64,000 nt of DNA, from NCBI GenBank assembly GCA_964016885.1, contig OZ024741.1:270940001-271004000 (forward strand), read 5' to 3'. The stretch comes from Eledone cirrhosa (lineage: Eukaryota). The translations under genes were made by a program, and so were the position numbers. The stretch's first letter is position 1. Each line of letters begins with the position of its first letter. Positions 16,338-29,020 of the stretch are shown here, in pieces. The notes under the pieces are model-generated. The model saw only the letters and a list, made by a program, of their open reading frames with translations. It was not told the DNA's origin and ran no database searches.

Positions 16338-16974
16338 GAAATATCGTAAGCCTTAGCCAGGCTAACAAGATACTGAAAACCACCATGTTCTCTTGTCTAC
16401 GAAAAACAATAACGTCTCGTCCCGAGTTTACACCAACACCATCAACACCGGTGTAAGAAGATTACAACTTACCAAAAAGCAAGCAGATAGGCTAAAACGA
16501 ACACTAATTCTGAACATAAAAAAGAAGATTTACAGAGAATTAAGTCATCAAGAAAAACATAAACGTAACCTAATACAAGAAATAACTAAGATCATCATAC
16601 CAAGAGAAAAATTAATATATATAAACCGAAGAAAATTACATTGTTCAAGAATGTGACAAACACTTTAACAAGAAATTAAGGTGGCTCAAACAGATGAAAC
16701 TAAACCAAGAAACTTCAGAGAATAAAGATAAATATTCAGACAAGATTGATGGTATAAACATGGCCGACATCTCATTAACAGATGAATTCAACAACAACAA
16801 CACAAATATATACGGCAACACTACAGTCGACTCTGATGAATTATCGATATTACAGCTACCACCTAAATATGCCACATATAATAAGGTAAATATGATAAAA
16901 TGCTTGTCAGAAATAGAAAAATCATTTACAAAATTACGTTGGAGCCTCAAAAACAAAAACAAAAGTAACAACAT

Positions 16975-17035
<61 letters not shown>

Positions 17036-20000
17036 ACACACATCCCAACAACAACAGACACACAGACACAAACAACGATAACCACAACAACACACACACA
17101 TCAACAATAATAACATACTCAGAAACAACAACAACAGACACACAGACACAAACAACAATAACAACACACACAACAATAACATACGCAGAGACAACAACAA
17201 CACACATCAACAACAGCACACATCAACAACAAAAACAACACACACATTCTATGCCTCTCACCACCACCACAATCTTAACAAACACACAGACACAGAAAAC
17301 AGGTAATGACAGTAACACAGAAGTAAGGGAAGATAATGGGATTGAAAGGAGAAGGGAGACTATCGATACTGACAGAGAAAATAACCAGGAAGAACACACA
17401 GACACACAAAATAGAGTAGATAATGACAATGAGCCAGAGGAAAGAGACATGAGTAATAATGAGAGACATAGAAACAACCATGAGGCTGTTGGTGGAAATA
17501 GAAATAGAAACAACACAACTAACAATAACAATAGCAATAATACACATAAAGCAGCAGCCTGGAACTATACTTTTTATAATCCTTCCGATATGTCCTTAGA
17601 CCTACAACGAGTCCACGGCATGACTTTAGCTTTTAACAAACGCACGCAATTGCCGTCGCAGGTCGATGAACAAACAGAAGCACAATTTAGTATAGCTAGA
17701 TCTAAACTTAGAAATATTATAGAACAGTATAGCAAGAAGCATAATAGAATGGAGGCCCAGCAACTGGGAGAAAAATCTGCAAATGGCTTGCGTAAGCTCA
17801 TGCAGCGCTCGCGTAATGGAGAGATTGCATGCTTTCCAACAGACAAGTCTGGCAGAATGTCGGTTGACAGTCTGTCAAACTACATCCAGGCAATGCAACC
17901 CCACATCACTAACACAAGAGAAGTAACACCACAAGAGTATGAGGACAGGGAGAAAACCCACAATGCCCATATGATGATGTGGACAAACATAATGCAGCCC
18001 AATAAAAGGACTGCTAACAACTTCCAGGCCTGGAACAATGACGTGCCAGCGTTGTATGGGATTCGAAAAGACCATAAAACGAGCAGTGACCTTGTCACAG
18101 GACCACCAACACGGCCAGTCTGTGGAGCTAACATTGCTAGTAACTACATACTTTCCTACGTCTTCTCCCTGATCATACGCCCCATCACTGAAATGTCCCC
18201 AGATATATGTGATAGCACGGAGGACCTCCTCAGCAGAATCAGCGAAAGTAACCGATCTAGGGACCTAACAAACTATATAATAGGTAGTATGGATGTTGTG
18301 TCCCTATATCCATCCATTGACGTGGATTTGGCTGTGGAGAAATGCGTAGAAATGATCGGTGAGAGCAATGTTGAATTCCGTGGGATTGATACTAGTGAGC
18401 CGGGACTCCTACTTAAACTTACCTATAGTAATGATTATCTAGATACATATGACCTTAGCAACCTGTGCCCTACAAGCCCAGCAAGAGGCAGACCACCTAC
18501 CATTACCTCAATGGCCAAGAAAAACCACACAGAAAGATGGAACGGGTGGACCAGAACCGAAAACCACGATGAACTAAAGAAAATGATGGCACATGCGGTG
18601 GGGGGAAGTATAAAATTGACCCTAAAGGAACATATGTTCAAATTTAATGGAAAAACATATGCCCAAGAGGAGGGAGCAGCCATTGGTGTTAGCATTGCAG
18701 GTGACATAGCTAACCTATTCATGGTATGGTGGGACAATAGACTTAAACTTAAACTTAAAGAACAATTAGAAGACAGCAACCTCTTAACCCTGATAATATA
18801 CTCCCGCTACGTTGATGATATAAACATCGTAGTTAAAACACCCCCACTAGAGAACAGTCAGGAATTAGAGAAAAACACAATGGAAAGCATCCAGCAAATA
18901 GCTAACTCCATCCACCAGAGTATTAGAGTTACTATAGACTACCCAAGAAAACACCCCGACCATCGATTACCTGTACTAGACACAGTGCTCTGGTTAGAAA
19001 CCATTAATAACAAAAAACAAATCCTCCATTCCCATTATGCCAAACCCATGACTTCTAAATAAGTGATCCCCGAAACTCAGCTGTTTCGGATCACATCAAA
19101 ATCAACATACTGATTGCGGATTTGGTACGGGTGATGAGAAACCTGTCCCTCATGTGTAACCCCAAAGAACTAGAGAGACATATACAACACTTCATCCACC
19201 ATATGCAGTTCTCTGGTTACAATCAGATAGATAAAATCAGAGTATATAGAGGAGCCAGAACCAAATAGGAAAAAATGGTAAATAATGATACAAATGGGAC
19301 CTGCCCCTTGTATAGGAGCAAATTTTGGAATCGAATAGAAAGAACTAGGAATAAGGTTAATAGAATAAACTCATGGTATGATAGCAATAAATACCAGAGT
19401 GTAATGTTCATCAATACAACCCCTAGAGGTGAATTAGCTTACAAATTTAGAAGGGCTCTAGATAAACATAAACTTAATATTAAGAGAGAAGAAAGACTAG
19501 GTACCTCCATAAAAAACACTTATTAGCAATACATACCCTTTTCAAAGACCTCCCTGTATAGATAAGAAATGCATAATCTGTAAACTAAGCCCCCATATTA
19601 ACTGTAAAACTAGAAATGTAGTATATAGCATAAGATGTACTGAAGGACAATGTAAAGATAAGAATATAGTGTACATAGGTGAGACAGCTGGTAGTATAGG
19701 AGAACAGTTAAATGAACACTAGCGAGAACTTCAAGATAAAAAAGAATCATCAATACTCCACCAACATGCTAAAATAGAAAATAAGGGCAAATTAGAGAAA
19801 GGAAATATAAATATAATCTACACACAGAAAAGACGCAATGTTTAGACAAATCACAGAGGCAATAAACATAAATGAACTCCAACCAAAATTAAATAGAAAA
19901 CATGAATGGAATAGCAACATCACAACTTACAATTAAGGACAAAATGAAAACACACATACACATAGAACAAACAACCAACCAGTAACATGTAAATAAACAA

Positions 20001-20371
20001 ATATAAACACACACAGACACCCGGATGTAACACATGCGCAAACTAAGCACACAACACACACAAAAACAAGACGGCGTAGGACAGAACAAAGGAGAGGGAC
20101 AAAAACAAAGAAAAGAATCCCCAGTCACTGAAGAAGTCACAGAATGTGTGACGAAAGAACTTTGACAATATATGAACAACCGTCCGGTTATGGAACCAAC
20201 CAACCGGAAATTTATAAATTCTTAAATTTATAAATTTAATTTATAATAAATTGGAGTGAAAGCAACTGGTGCGTGTGTTTCTTATTGGGAACATGACCCT
20301 CCCAAAGCATAACAATATCGGTTTCAACACACGTTTTCAGATAAAAAATCTTGCTAAACAAATTCAGAAAC
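16200..20371 (+). mobile_element. Near full-length inactivated Penelope-like element (possibly Naiad-like clade), bounded by (TA)n
   Basis: ORF 17251-19062: PTDKSGR, LYGIRKDHK, GPPTRPVCGA, GSMDVVSLYPSI, GAAIGVSIAGDIANLFM, YSRYVDD; GIY-YIG to ~19890 with stops and frameshifts; clade call is from memory. Confidence 0.9.
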
Positions 20372-20451
<80 letters not shown>

Positions 20452-20624
20452 TGTATATGTATAACAAAGACACACACACGTGTATATGTATATATATATA
20501 TGTGTGCGTGTGTGAGGAGAGATAGATTGATAGAGAGAGAAACAGACAGACTGACAGACAGATCAACCCAATCCATACCACTCGGATATGATTCCATTTT
20601 CCATAACAACCAATCTTAGTACTG

Positions 20625-20763
20625 CTGTTTGTAGTAGTAGTAGTAGTAGTAGTAGTGATGGTGGTGGTGGGGGTAGTAGTAGTAGTAGTAGTGGTGGTGT
20701 TGATGGTGGTAGTAGTATTAGTGGTGGTGGTGTTGGTGGTGGTAGTAGTATTAGTGGTGGTGT

Positions 20764-20794
<31 letters not shown>

Positions 20795-21835
20795 GTGGTG
20801 GTGGTGGTGGGGGGTTGTAGTAGTAGTGGTGGTGGTGGTGGTAGTAGTGAGGTTAGGTTTAGTGTCAGCAGCAGCAGCAAGGGTTAGCAGTAGTGGTGGT
20901 TGTGGTGGTGGTGGTGGTACATGTAGTGGTGGTGGTAGTGGTGGTGGTGGTGGTGTTGTCGTTGTTCGTTGTGGTGGTGGTGGTGTTGTCGTTGTTGTTG
21001 TGGTGGTGGTGGTGGTGGTGGTAGCGTTGTCGTTGGTGGTAGTTGTGCTGTGATGGTGGTGAAGGTGGTGGTGGTGGTGGTGGTAGTGGTGGTGGTGGTG
21101 GTGGTGTTGGTGGTGGTGTTGTCATTGGTGGTAGTGGTGGTGGGGGTGGTGGCGATGGTGGTGAGGTAGTGGTGGGGTAGGGAAGTCATATTGGATGGTT
21201 ATGGTGTTGCTTACTACTACCACCACTACCACCACCACTACAACGAGCACCACTACTACTATCCCCACCAATACCACAATACTACTATTACTACCACCAC
21301 CACCACCACCACCACCACCACCACACTACTACTACTACCCTCACCACCAACACCACACTACTACTACCCCCACCACCACTACACTACTACTACCACCACC
21401 ACCACCACCACCACCACCCCTACTGCCACCACCACCACCGCCGCCGCCATCCACCACCACCACCACCACCACCACCACCACCACCCCTACTGCCACCACC
21501 ACCACCACCACCCCTACTGCCACCACCACCACCACCACCACCCCTACTGCCACCACCACCACCACCACCCCTACTGCCACCACCACCACCACCGCCATCC
21601 ACCACTACTACCACCACCACAACCAACAATGACACCACCACCACCACTACCACCACCACTACCTGTACCACCACCACCACCACCACTACTGCTAACTCGT
21701 GCTGCTGCTGCTGACACTAAACCTCACCTCACCAAGGCTGCTTGCTATTCATATTGCTGCTGCTGCCACTACTGCTGCTGCTCCCACTGCTGCTGCTGCT
21801 GCTGCTGTGTACACCACCTTATTACACTACTACGT
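20625..21835. repeat. (GGT/AGT)n block facing a (CAC/TAC)n block, forming an imperfect inverted repeat
   Basis: Polarity switch near 21200; unique anchor gtgaggttaggtttagtgtcagcagcagc (20847) is inverted at 21703-21732. Confidence 0.85.
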
Positions 21836-21888
21836 GCTGTATGACACATCTTATGCTCTGTCAGACTTACTATAACACAATTTATATA

Positions 21889-21956
<68 letters not shown>

Positions 21957-22038
21957 AACATATTTTCTCGCAGCCTAAGCATCTCTCACTCTCTCTATTA
22001 CTTTCTCTTTCACCCCCCTCTCTCTCACTCTCTTTGTT

Positions 22039-22093
<55 letters not shown>

Positions 22094-22196
22094 GTATGTG
22101 TGTAATCACCATGCATCAATTATCATATATGATATCCATATATGTATAATATATATATAAATATATATAAAAATATTTTGCTTATTGTATCCCAAC

Positions 22197-22242
<46 letters not shown>

Positions 22243-22314
22243 TCTAAATATAGGTATATCTTATGCATACACACAAACACCGCATTAAATACATACATAC
22301 ACATACATATGTTA

Positions 22315-22458
<144 letters not shown>

Positions 22459-22547
22459 CGTGTGTGTGTATACATCTGTGTGTGTTGTATACACATATAC
22501 ACAGATATCTGTGCATATATGTATGTATGTGTGTATATATATATTAT

Positions 22548-23185
22548 GTCAGGTCACCAGTTGGTGCTACTGGTAACATGTATCCCAGTACAACCTGTCT
22601 CATGGTCGGGTCGTTGGCGACTAAACTGGCAACCCCACCAAGGTTTCTTGGTGAGGAGGGTGACTTTGGACATCCTGCAGGACTAAAAACAAAACCTGTC
22701 AAAGGGCAAAGAAGCTCTTAAGAGTCAATGGCCATCCAAAATCACCGGGAGAGATGACCCCTTTAGCCTTAGTCAAGGCAGAATTCTAGGAGAAGGAAAA
22801 CTCTGATATAACACCTGCAACCCTGATGGTATCCAATGATGTTGACTTGTTCTTCTTTTTGGTAAATAGCATCTTGGTTAAGAGAGTGGGACTGGCTTTG
22901 TGCAGTGCCTTTGCTCACTATAAAAGCTTCACGGCACAGGCATTGCTTTATATCTGGAGATCTCTCTGCACTTGTCCTCACATGGGCCCAGCACTATGTG
23001 TCAATAATTGTCCTACCATGGGCCTAGCACTATGTGTCAATAATTGTCACAGGTGTAGTGTTTGTACCAGAGGTTTCAAGTCGCTGGCTGGACTAAAAAG
23101 TCACACTCGTTCAGCGCTTCGGTAGGGGTTATCCTACATGGATGTAAAGTAGTGGCCGTACTCGAAAACGAGTTGGCAGCCACCA
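22548..23185 (+). mobile_element. Internally deleted non-autonomous retroelement with an RTE-like 3' end; related copy at ~32270-32547
   Basis: C-terminal CSVCTRGFKSLAGLKSH zinc-finger remnant; shared gtatccaatgatgt..gagagtggga..aaaagcttca and tactcgaaa..gagttg segments. Confidence 0.5.
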
Positions 23186-23288
23186 TATATATATATATAT
23201 ATATAAATATATATATATATACATATATATATGTGTGTGTGCGTGTGTGTATGTGTGTGTGTGTATGTGTATGCATGCATATATATAT

Positions 23289-23880
23289 AAAGTAAGTCCA
23301 TAGAATCATTAGATAAAATATATGCAGTATTTCTTCTCCCAATCAGCATAAATCAACCACACAAAAAATCATTTAAACGAAGCTATAAGTTTAAATTTTA
23401 CCTATGAAGAAACAATAGATAAATGATATAGCTTTTTATCCGCGACTCATAGCTACAGAAAATTTACCTAGTATTTTTGATAGCCTGTAGAAATTGACTA
23501 GACATGTAGTTAACCATACATAATTAGGTACAAAATCAAGATCAGATATATCCAAAAAGGAATGAAAATGACGGGGGTAGAGATATTTTGATGATTTTGG
23601 TAGGTTTATGTACATTTTTCCTTCTAACTTTGATTTTGTACCTAATTATGTATGGTTAACTATATGTCTAGTCAATTTCTACAGGCTATCAGAAATACTA
23701 GGTAAATTTTCTGTAGCTATGAGTCGCGAATAAAAAGCTATATCATTTATCTATTGTTCCTTCATAAGTATATTTCAAACTTATAGACTCGTTTAAATGA
23801 TTTTTTGTGTGGCTGATTTATGCTGTTTGGGAGAAGAAATACTGCATATATTTTATCTAATGATTCTATGGACTTACTTT
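23289..23880. repeat. Fold-back element with ~250-bp inverted arms and a ~90-bp spacer
   Basis: 23289-23540 is the reverse complement of 23630-23880; TA-rich flanks. Confidence 0.85.
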
Positions 23881-24007
23881 TTATATATTGCTCTGATTAT
23901 TAATTATTTAATTAATTCGTCATTGAGCCACACCGTAAATGGTTGCCAAAAACATATATATATCTATATCTATGACTTTGTCTAGTTTATATGTATATAC
24001 CCTTTAA

Positions 24008-24055
<48 letters not shown>

Positions 24056-24255
24056 NNNNNNNNNNNNNNNNNNNNNNNNNNNNNNNNNNNNNNNNNNNNN
24101 NNNNNNNNNNNNNNNNNNNNNNNNNNNNNNNNNNNNNNNNNNNNNNNNNNNNNNNNNNNNNNNNNNNNNNNNNNNNNNNNNNNNNNNNNNNNNNNNNNNN
24201 NNNNNNNNNNNNNNNNNNNNNNNNNNNNNNNNNNNNNNNNNNNNNNNNNNNNNNN
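24056..24255. other. Assembly gap (200 N)
   Basis: Run of N. Confidence 1.
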
Positions 24256-25032
24256 GGAAAATTATCATGGAAAGACATGTTAAACCTAATAGGGTGCATT
24301 TGTAAATAAAAACTATAGGGCAAGAGAGCAAGCAAACATTAAACAAACCCACGTTAAAAGTACAATATAAGTCTAATACTCGAAATACAACATAGTAATA
24401 TAATGCCAGAAATAAGATATAAAAATTATAATATAATATACAATACAATGCAATACATAATACGGAAATAAGATTTAATATATATATATCTACACGCACT
24501 CAGACACATATATATATACACACATATACACATTTACACATGCACATATTAACAAATATATAAATATAAGTATTATAATAGAATAATCACCCTGACGGTG
24601 TGATTAAACAATACTAAAATCAATGAAAATAATATATTGACATTAAAAAAATATAAATACATACAACGTACCATGCAAAGTCAACAAAACGTGTATAAAA
24701 ACATAATGTATTCCACAGGGTAAAAAATAATACCATAAAATAAAATAAAGCATGGTAAAAAAAATATATATATATAATAGACAATAAATATACAGAGATA
24801 TAGGCAATTCAAATACATATAATATTACATGTTAATATTTCAATACCAGACACACAATAGCAAGGGAGAAAGTTTTAAAACATATTTACACAATATTACT
24901 ATGTTGTATTTCGAGTATTAGACTTATATTGTACTTTTAACGTGGGTTTGTTTAATGTTTGCTCTCTTGCCCTATAGTTTTTATTTACAAATGCACCCTA
25001 TTAGGTTTAACATGTCTTCCATGATAATTTTC
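24256..25032. repeat. Inverted repeat (24256-24400 vs 24894-25032) leading into an HHR cassette
   Basis: ggaaaattatcatgg..caacatagtaata is inverted as tattactatgttg..ccatgataattttcc. Confidence 0.85.
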
Positions 25033-25110
25033 CTAAATTTTCCTAAATATCCATTCGCTATTCTTCTGAATTTTGGCTTGTTCTAGCCGATGATATTTCT
25101 TGTCTTTTCC

Positions 25111-25155
25111 TTGCCCTGATGAGTCCTAATTAATGGGACGAAACATTGTCAGCAA
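25111..25155 (+). ncRNA. Canonical-core minimal hammerhead ribozyme
   Basis: ttgcc CTGATGA gtcc-taattaatg-ggac GAAA C att G TC agcaa, followed by AATAAA. Confidence 0.85.
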
Positions 25156-25191
25156 ATAAAGATTTTTAATATATTAAAGGCTTCTTTGTTA

Positions 25192-25265
<74 letters not shown>

Positions 25266-25269
25266 AACA

Positions 25270-25313
<44 letters not shown>

Positions 25314-25360
25314 AAATAAAACAAGGACGAGTGGTTACTCCTTCATTACGTTTAATGGTT

Positions 25361-25446
25361 GGTGACGCGCGTTTCGCCACTGATCAGCTCAAGGTTCGAT
25401 CTGTATCGATCTAGCCCGACTCTATAATCCACGGCTCGTCAGACCC
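25361..25446 (-). ncRNA. HHR with ~55-nt stem-II insertion (degenerate-core copy at 50879-50964 on +)
   Basis: ggt CTGACGA gcc...ggc GAAA cgcgcG TC acc. Confidence 0.8.
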
Positions 25447-25607
25447 CTTATAATGGTAATGGAAAACGTAATGAAGGAGTAACCAATCGTCCTTGTTTTA
25501 TTTTACTATAATACACTCTGTCTAGCTCTACACCTCGACACAGAAGTGAACCTAAACATCGTGTACTCACCCGGGTGAACCTACAGTAACTCCAAATTAC
25601 ACTCCCT

Positions 25608-25655
<48 letters not shown>

Positions 25656-25799
25656 TTATATAATTACATCTTCATCTTTGGTGAACACAACCTCGGCCTG
25701 GAGGCATTGATGTCATCAGACTGTGTCCAACGTTCATTGGTGTTGTGTACGGGTTCGTACGTGTTTCGAACCTCAACCGTAACACCCTGTTGTTGATGG

Positions 25800-27030
25800 T
25801 CAGCAGTAGCGTTCAGCTTATTACCTCTCTCCTACTCTAAAGCCAACTGCTGCCTTCCATATCCTGTGAACTGCAGCCTTCTTTTCTCTTCCTGCCATTC
25901 CAATGGAAATGAACATTTTTCATACTGAGTGAGCCAGGAACCCCTGCAGCACATATCGACTGGAAATAGCTATGCCTGCCAACCTTTCTCCCTATACTCC
26001 TGCACAAGTTCTTGATATTTGGCCCGCTTTCGCCCAAAGGCGTTACCGCCCTCTTCTTCCCATGGGGCTGAGAGATCAACCAGGATTATCCTTTTATCCT
26101 TTCAGAACAAAGTACTACTCTAGTTTCAGAAATATTTGAACAACCCGGGGTAACTGCAACCTATCTCCCAGATCAACCCTCATATCCCATTTGTAGTAGG
26201 CCACGTGTTGTTCTGTGGTAGATGGATTCTCTCCCTCTTTTACAAACCTGATTGATGGTATCAGTCTCCTCCGTGTTTTATCCTCCCTACCTCTCTCTTG
26301 GTTCAGAGTGTTGGCCAGACCCATGAGTACCTTCTCCCAGCGCCATCTGTATCTCCCTTGGGCAGAATCTGTTTTACACCCTGATAAAATGTGTGTTATG
26401 GAGCCTCTTTTTCCATAGAGCCTACACGATTCATCCTCCCTCGTGCTCCATCTGTGCAGATTTGTTGTAATCGGTAACGTATCATAAACCGATCGCGAAA
26501 GGAAGGAGATTCGGAAAGGATCCAATCTTCATAAATCCACCAAAATAATCTTCCTCTTGGAAAGGTTCCATTTAGTCTAGACTCCCTGGGCTGCTAGTTC
26601 CACAGCCCTTGATTTCCATCCTTCCTCCTCCTGGTGCCTCGCTTCTTCCCGGATCGTGGATCTCTTTTCCTTTTTGTCTGCTTTCTCCCATAGTTGGAAA
26701 TGGGAAGTTCCAAGACCCTCTCTTCCTGTGTATGTTATGTTAATGATGCCCCATAGCTTCAGCATACTTTCTGCTTGTGAGACAGAAGCCTCAACTGCCC
26801 ATTTATGTCCTAATCTTATAGTAACACCTACATCTCTGACATGTGTCCCCTGTCAGTCTTTAAATAGCATCGTCATTCTACACTTTGTCACCTTGAGTTC
26901 CCCTACCACAGATGGAAGCAGACGCTGGAGCTGTCATGATCTTATGTAGAGGCCAACTTTAATGAAGCTTGTGGGGATTCCCAAACACTGTCGGAGGTAG
27001 TTATTGATCTTCCTCTCCAACCTTTCGTGA
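25800..27030 (-). mobile_element. Hero-like (restriction-endonuclease-type) non-LTR retrotransposon 3' fragment
   Basis: RISFLSRSVYDTLP..NLHRW..EDESCRLYG..THILSGCK..QGRYRWR (CCHC region), AVELAAQG.W, WDMRVDL. Confidence 0.8.
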
Positions 27031-27280
27031 CAACCCTTACCTATGGTCATGAATTTTGGTAAGGACCGAAAGATCACGAATACAAGCGACCGAATTGGGG
27101 ATCCTCCAAAGAGTCTTTGGAGTAAGGTTACTCGATAGGGTGTCTAGTTCGGATATTAGGGTGTCGCTCCAGATAGCGCCGCTACTTCTCCGAATTGAGG
27201 GATCACAGCTGCGATCCTACAGACATGTAGTTAGAATGTCTCAGGAAAGAATCGCTGGTTAGGTTTTACGGGCAAAACCT
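27030..27280 (+). mobile_element. RTE-clade (Rex3/Expander-like) LINE fragment
   Basis: TLTYGHEF..RSRIQATELGILQRVFGVRLLDRVSSSDIR..LQIAPLLLRIE.SQLR. Confidence 0.8.
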
Positions 27281-27548
27281 CACATAAGTATTATGGTGGA
27301 TACAATGGATTTTTTCTTCTTCCTCCTCGCCAAAATTGCTGCCCCCTCCCCTCAATAGAAAATATAGAAATCCTTAAATTTTAAATATCTATTCTTATTC
27401 CTTATTTTTACTATTTTCAATAACTTTTAAACACATATAACAGGTACACCGGTTTTCACCCGAATCTCACGTTTTGCTCTGAGACAATTTTAAGTAATAT
27501 CCCAACAACTGCTTATGGTGGTAGGCTAAAGTTAGTGAGAGACTAGAC

Positions 27549-27838
27549 TAGGCATGGGCAACCCTTTTTGAGAAGGGGGCTGCATGAGATATGGCGCATC
27601 ATCAGGCGGACCGCAAGTGCTAATTTACATTCGTGCCCACATTAAAAAATCGGCGGTATCTCAGGTTGTTTTGATTTGTTTCTTCAGAATTCGTACATGT
27701 TGTTTTCCTCGATCGTAAAAATGATAGAAAGATAAATTGCGACTGAAAAGTTGGGGTAAAAAAATCAGAAAGATTTCACTTAGGTGACTTAGGCGGGCCG
27801 TTTAGAAAGCCTCGCGGGCCGCAGGTTGCCCATGACTG
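27549..27838. mobile_element. hAT (Charlie/Buster-like) MITE
   Basis: TIR taggcatgggcaacc / ggttgcccatgactg; 8-bp TSD GACTAGAC at 27541 and 27839. Confidence 0.85.
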
Positions 27839-28755
27839 GACTAGACGCTTGGAGAGGAAATGGGCACCACCAAGGGAAATACATGTTTGTGTATGTGTGG
27901 TGTGTATTTCTGTACTCTCAGGTCTCGAATAATCGTCTCCCCATCGCTTATTAATTTTTCAGACTCCACCCCGGTTTTTATTCCACCTCCTCCCGCTTAT
28001 TAAATTTATCTCTGGAGAAATTTTATTTTAAGTAGTTGCATTCCTGCGACAATTAATTTTCTTTATACATAAAAAAAAACAAGACAACCTAGAAAAATTA
28101 CCGATTTTCTGACCCCTCTCCCCGCTTAGCCCCCCCCCCCCCATTTGAGACTTGAATGTATGTGTGTGTATGTATGTGTCTGTATGTCCTTCAACATATA
28201 GACAACACAATAAAGATTTCAAAAACAGACATTTACTTTAATGACAAGTTGTTGCTATTAAGAAAGAAACAGAGAGAGAGCGAAAGAGAGAGAGAGAGCG
28301 GGGGGGGGGGATAAATAGATAGATAGAGAGTGTTGTCTTTTGAAAATGAGGGAATTTTAAGTCCAAGTCTGTCAACGGGGAGTACCATGAAAAAAAGTGC
28401 CCCCAAACGGGAAAAAATGAGGGAAAATGGGGAGATTTTACATAATGAAAGCTATACCCATTTTCACAAGAGAAGACATCTCTCACATACCGGAAAGTGT
28501 GTGGGAGATCTCCCCGTCGGACGGGGAGTGTTGACAGGTGTGATGTGTGTGTGTTTCTGTATAGCCTGAGGAAAATCCACGCTACAACTAGTTACGATAA
28601 CATTCGACATACAAGATGTATCAAAACTTAATCATCCGATTTCAAAAGGCTATTTTTGAAACAAATTAACCCTTTAAAATCGGATGATTCATTTTGATAC
28701 ACCCTGTATAACTTCATATACTGACAGGCTTCTCTATCTGGTCAGCACGTATTAT

Positions 28756-29020
28756 CTTCTTCTTCTTCTTCTTCTTCTTCTTCTTCTTCTTCTTCTTCTT
28801 CTTCTTCTTCTTCTTCTTGAGGGGGGTCGTGGGGGCAGAGTGCTCAAACACTCCTTACCAGCGGTTTCTGTTAGAAGCAACCGTCCCCAATTGATCCGGT
28901 TAGATCCCTAAGCGAGACCAACCAGGCTCATGGGTGTTATCTAACCATCTTGCTCGGGGTCTCCCCCCTGGGTCTCTTGCCGGTTGGTTTTTCTCGTAAA
29001 ATCTGTCCAGCGATTCTTTT
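28756..29020 (-). mobile_element. RTE LINE 3' end with (GAA)n tail
   Basis: Minus strand RIAGQILREKPTGKRPRGRPRARWLD; overlaps the end of the 27030 fragment in sequence. Confidence 0.7.

Noticed and set aside
14670-19890. Selenocysteine (in-frame UGA) recoding as described for some Naiad PLEs
   Set aside because: The internal stops I traced are TAA or TAG at non-Cys positions, and the Cys motifs use TGT/TGC
20563-21978. Long Gly/Ser/His/Thr/Val-rich ORFs
   Set aside because: Translations of trinucleotide microsatellites; open in several frames on both strands
28350-28710. hAT-like and Tc1-like terminal remnants (tgttgacaggtg; ttttgatacaccctgtata)
   Set aside because: Only single ends, with no paired TIR or TSD to support an element call
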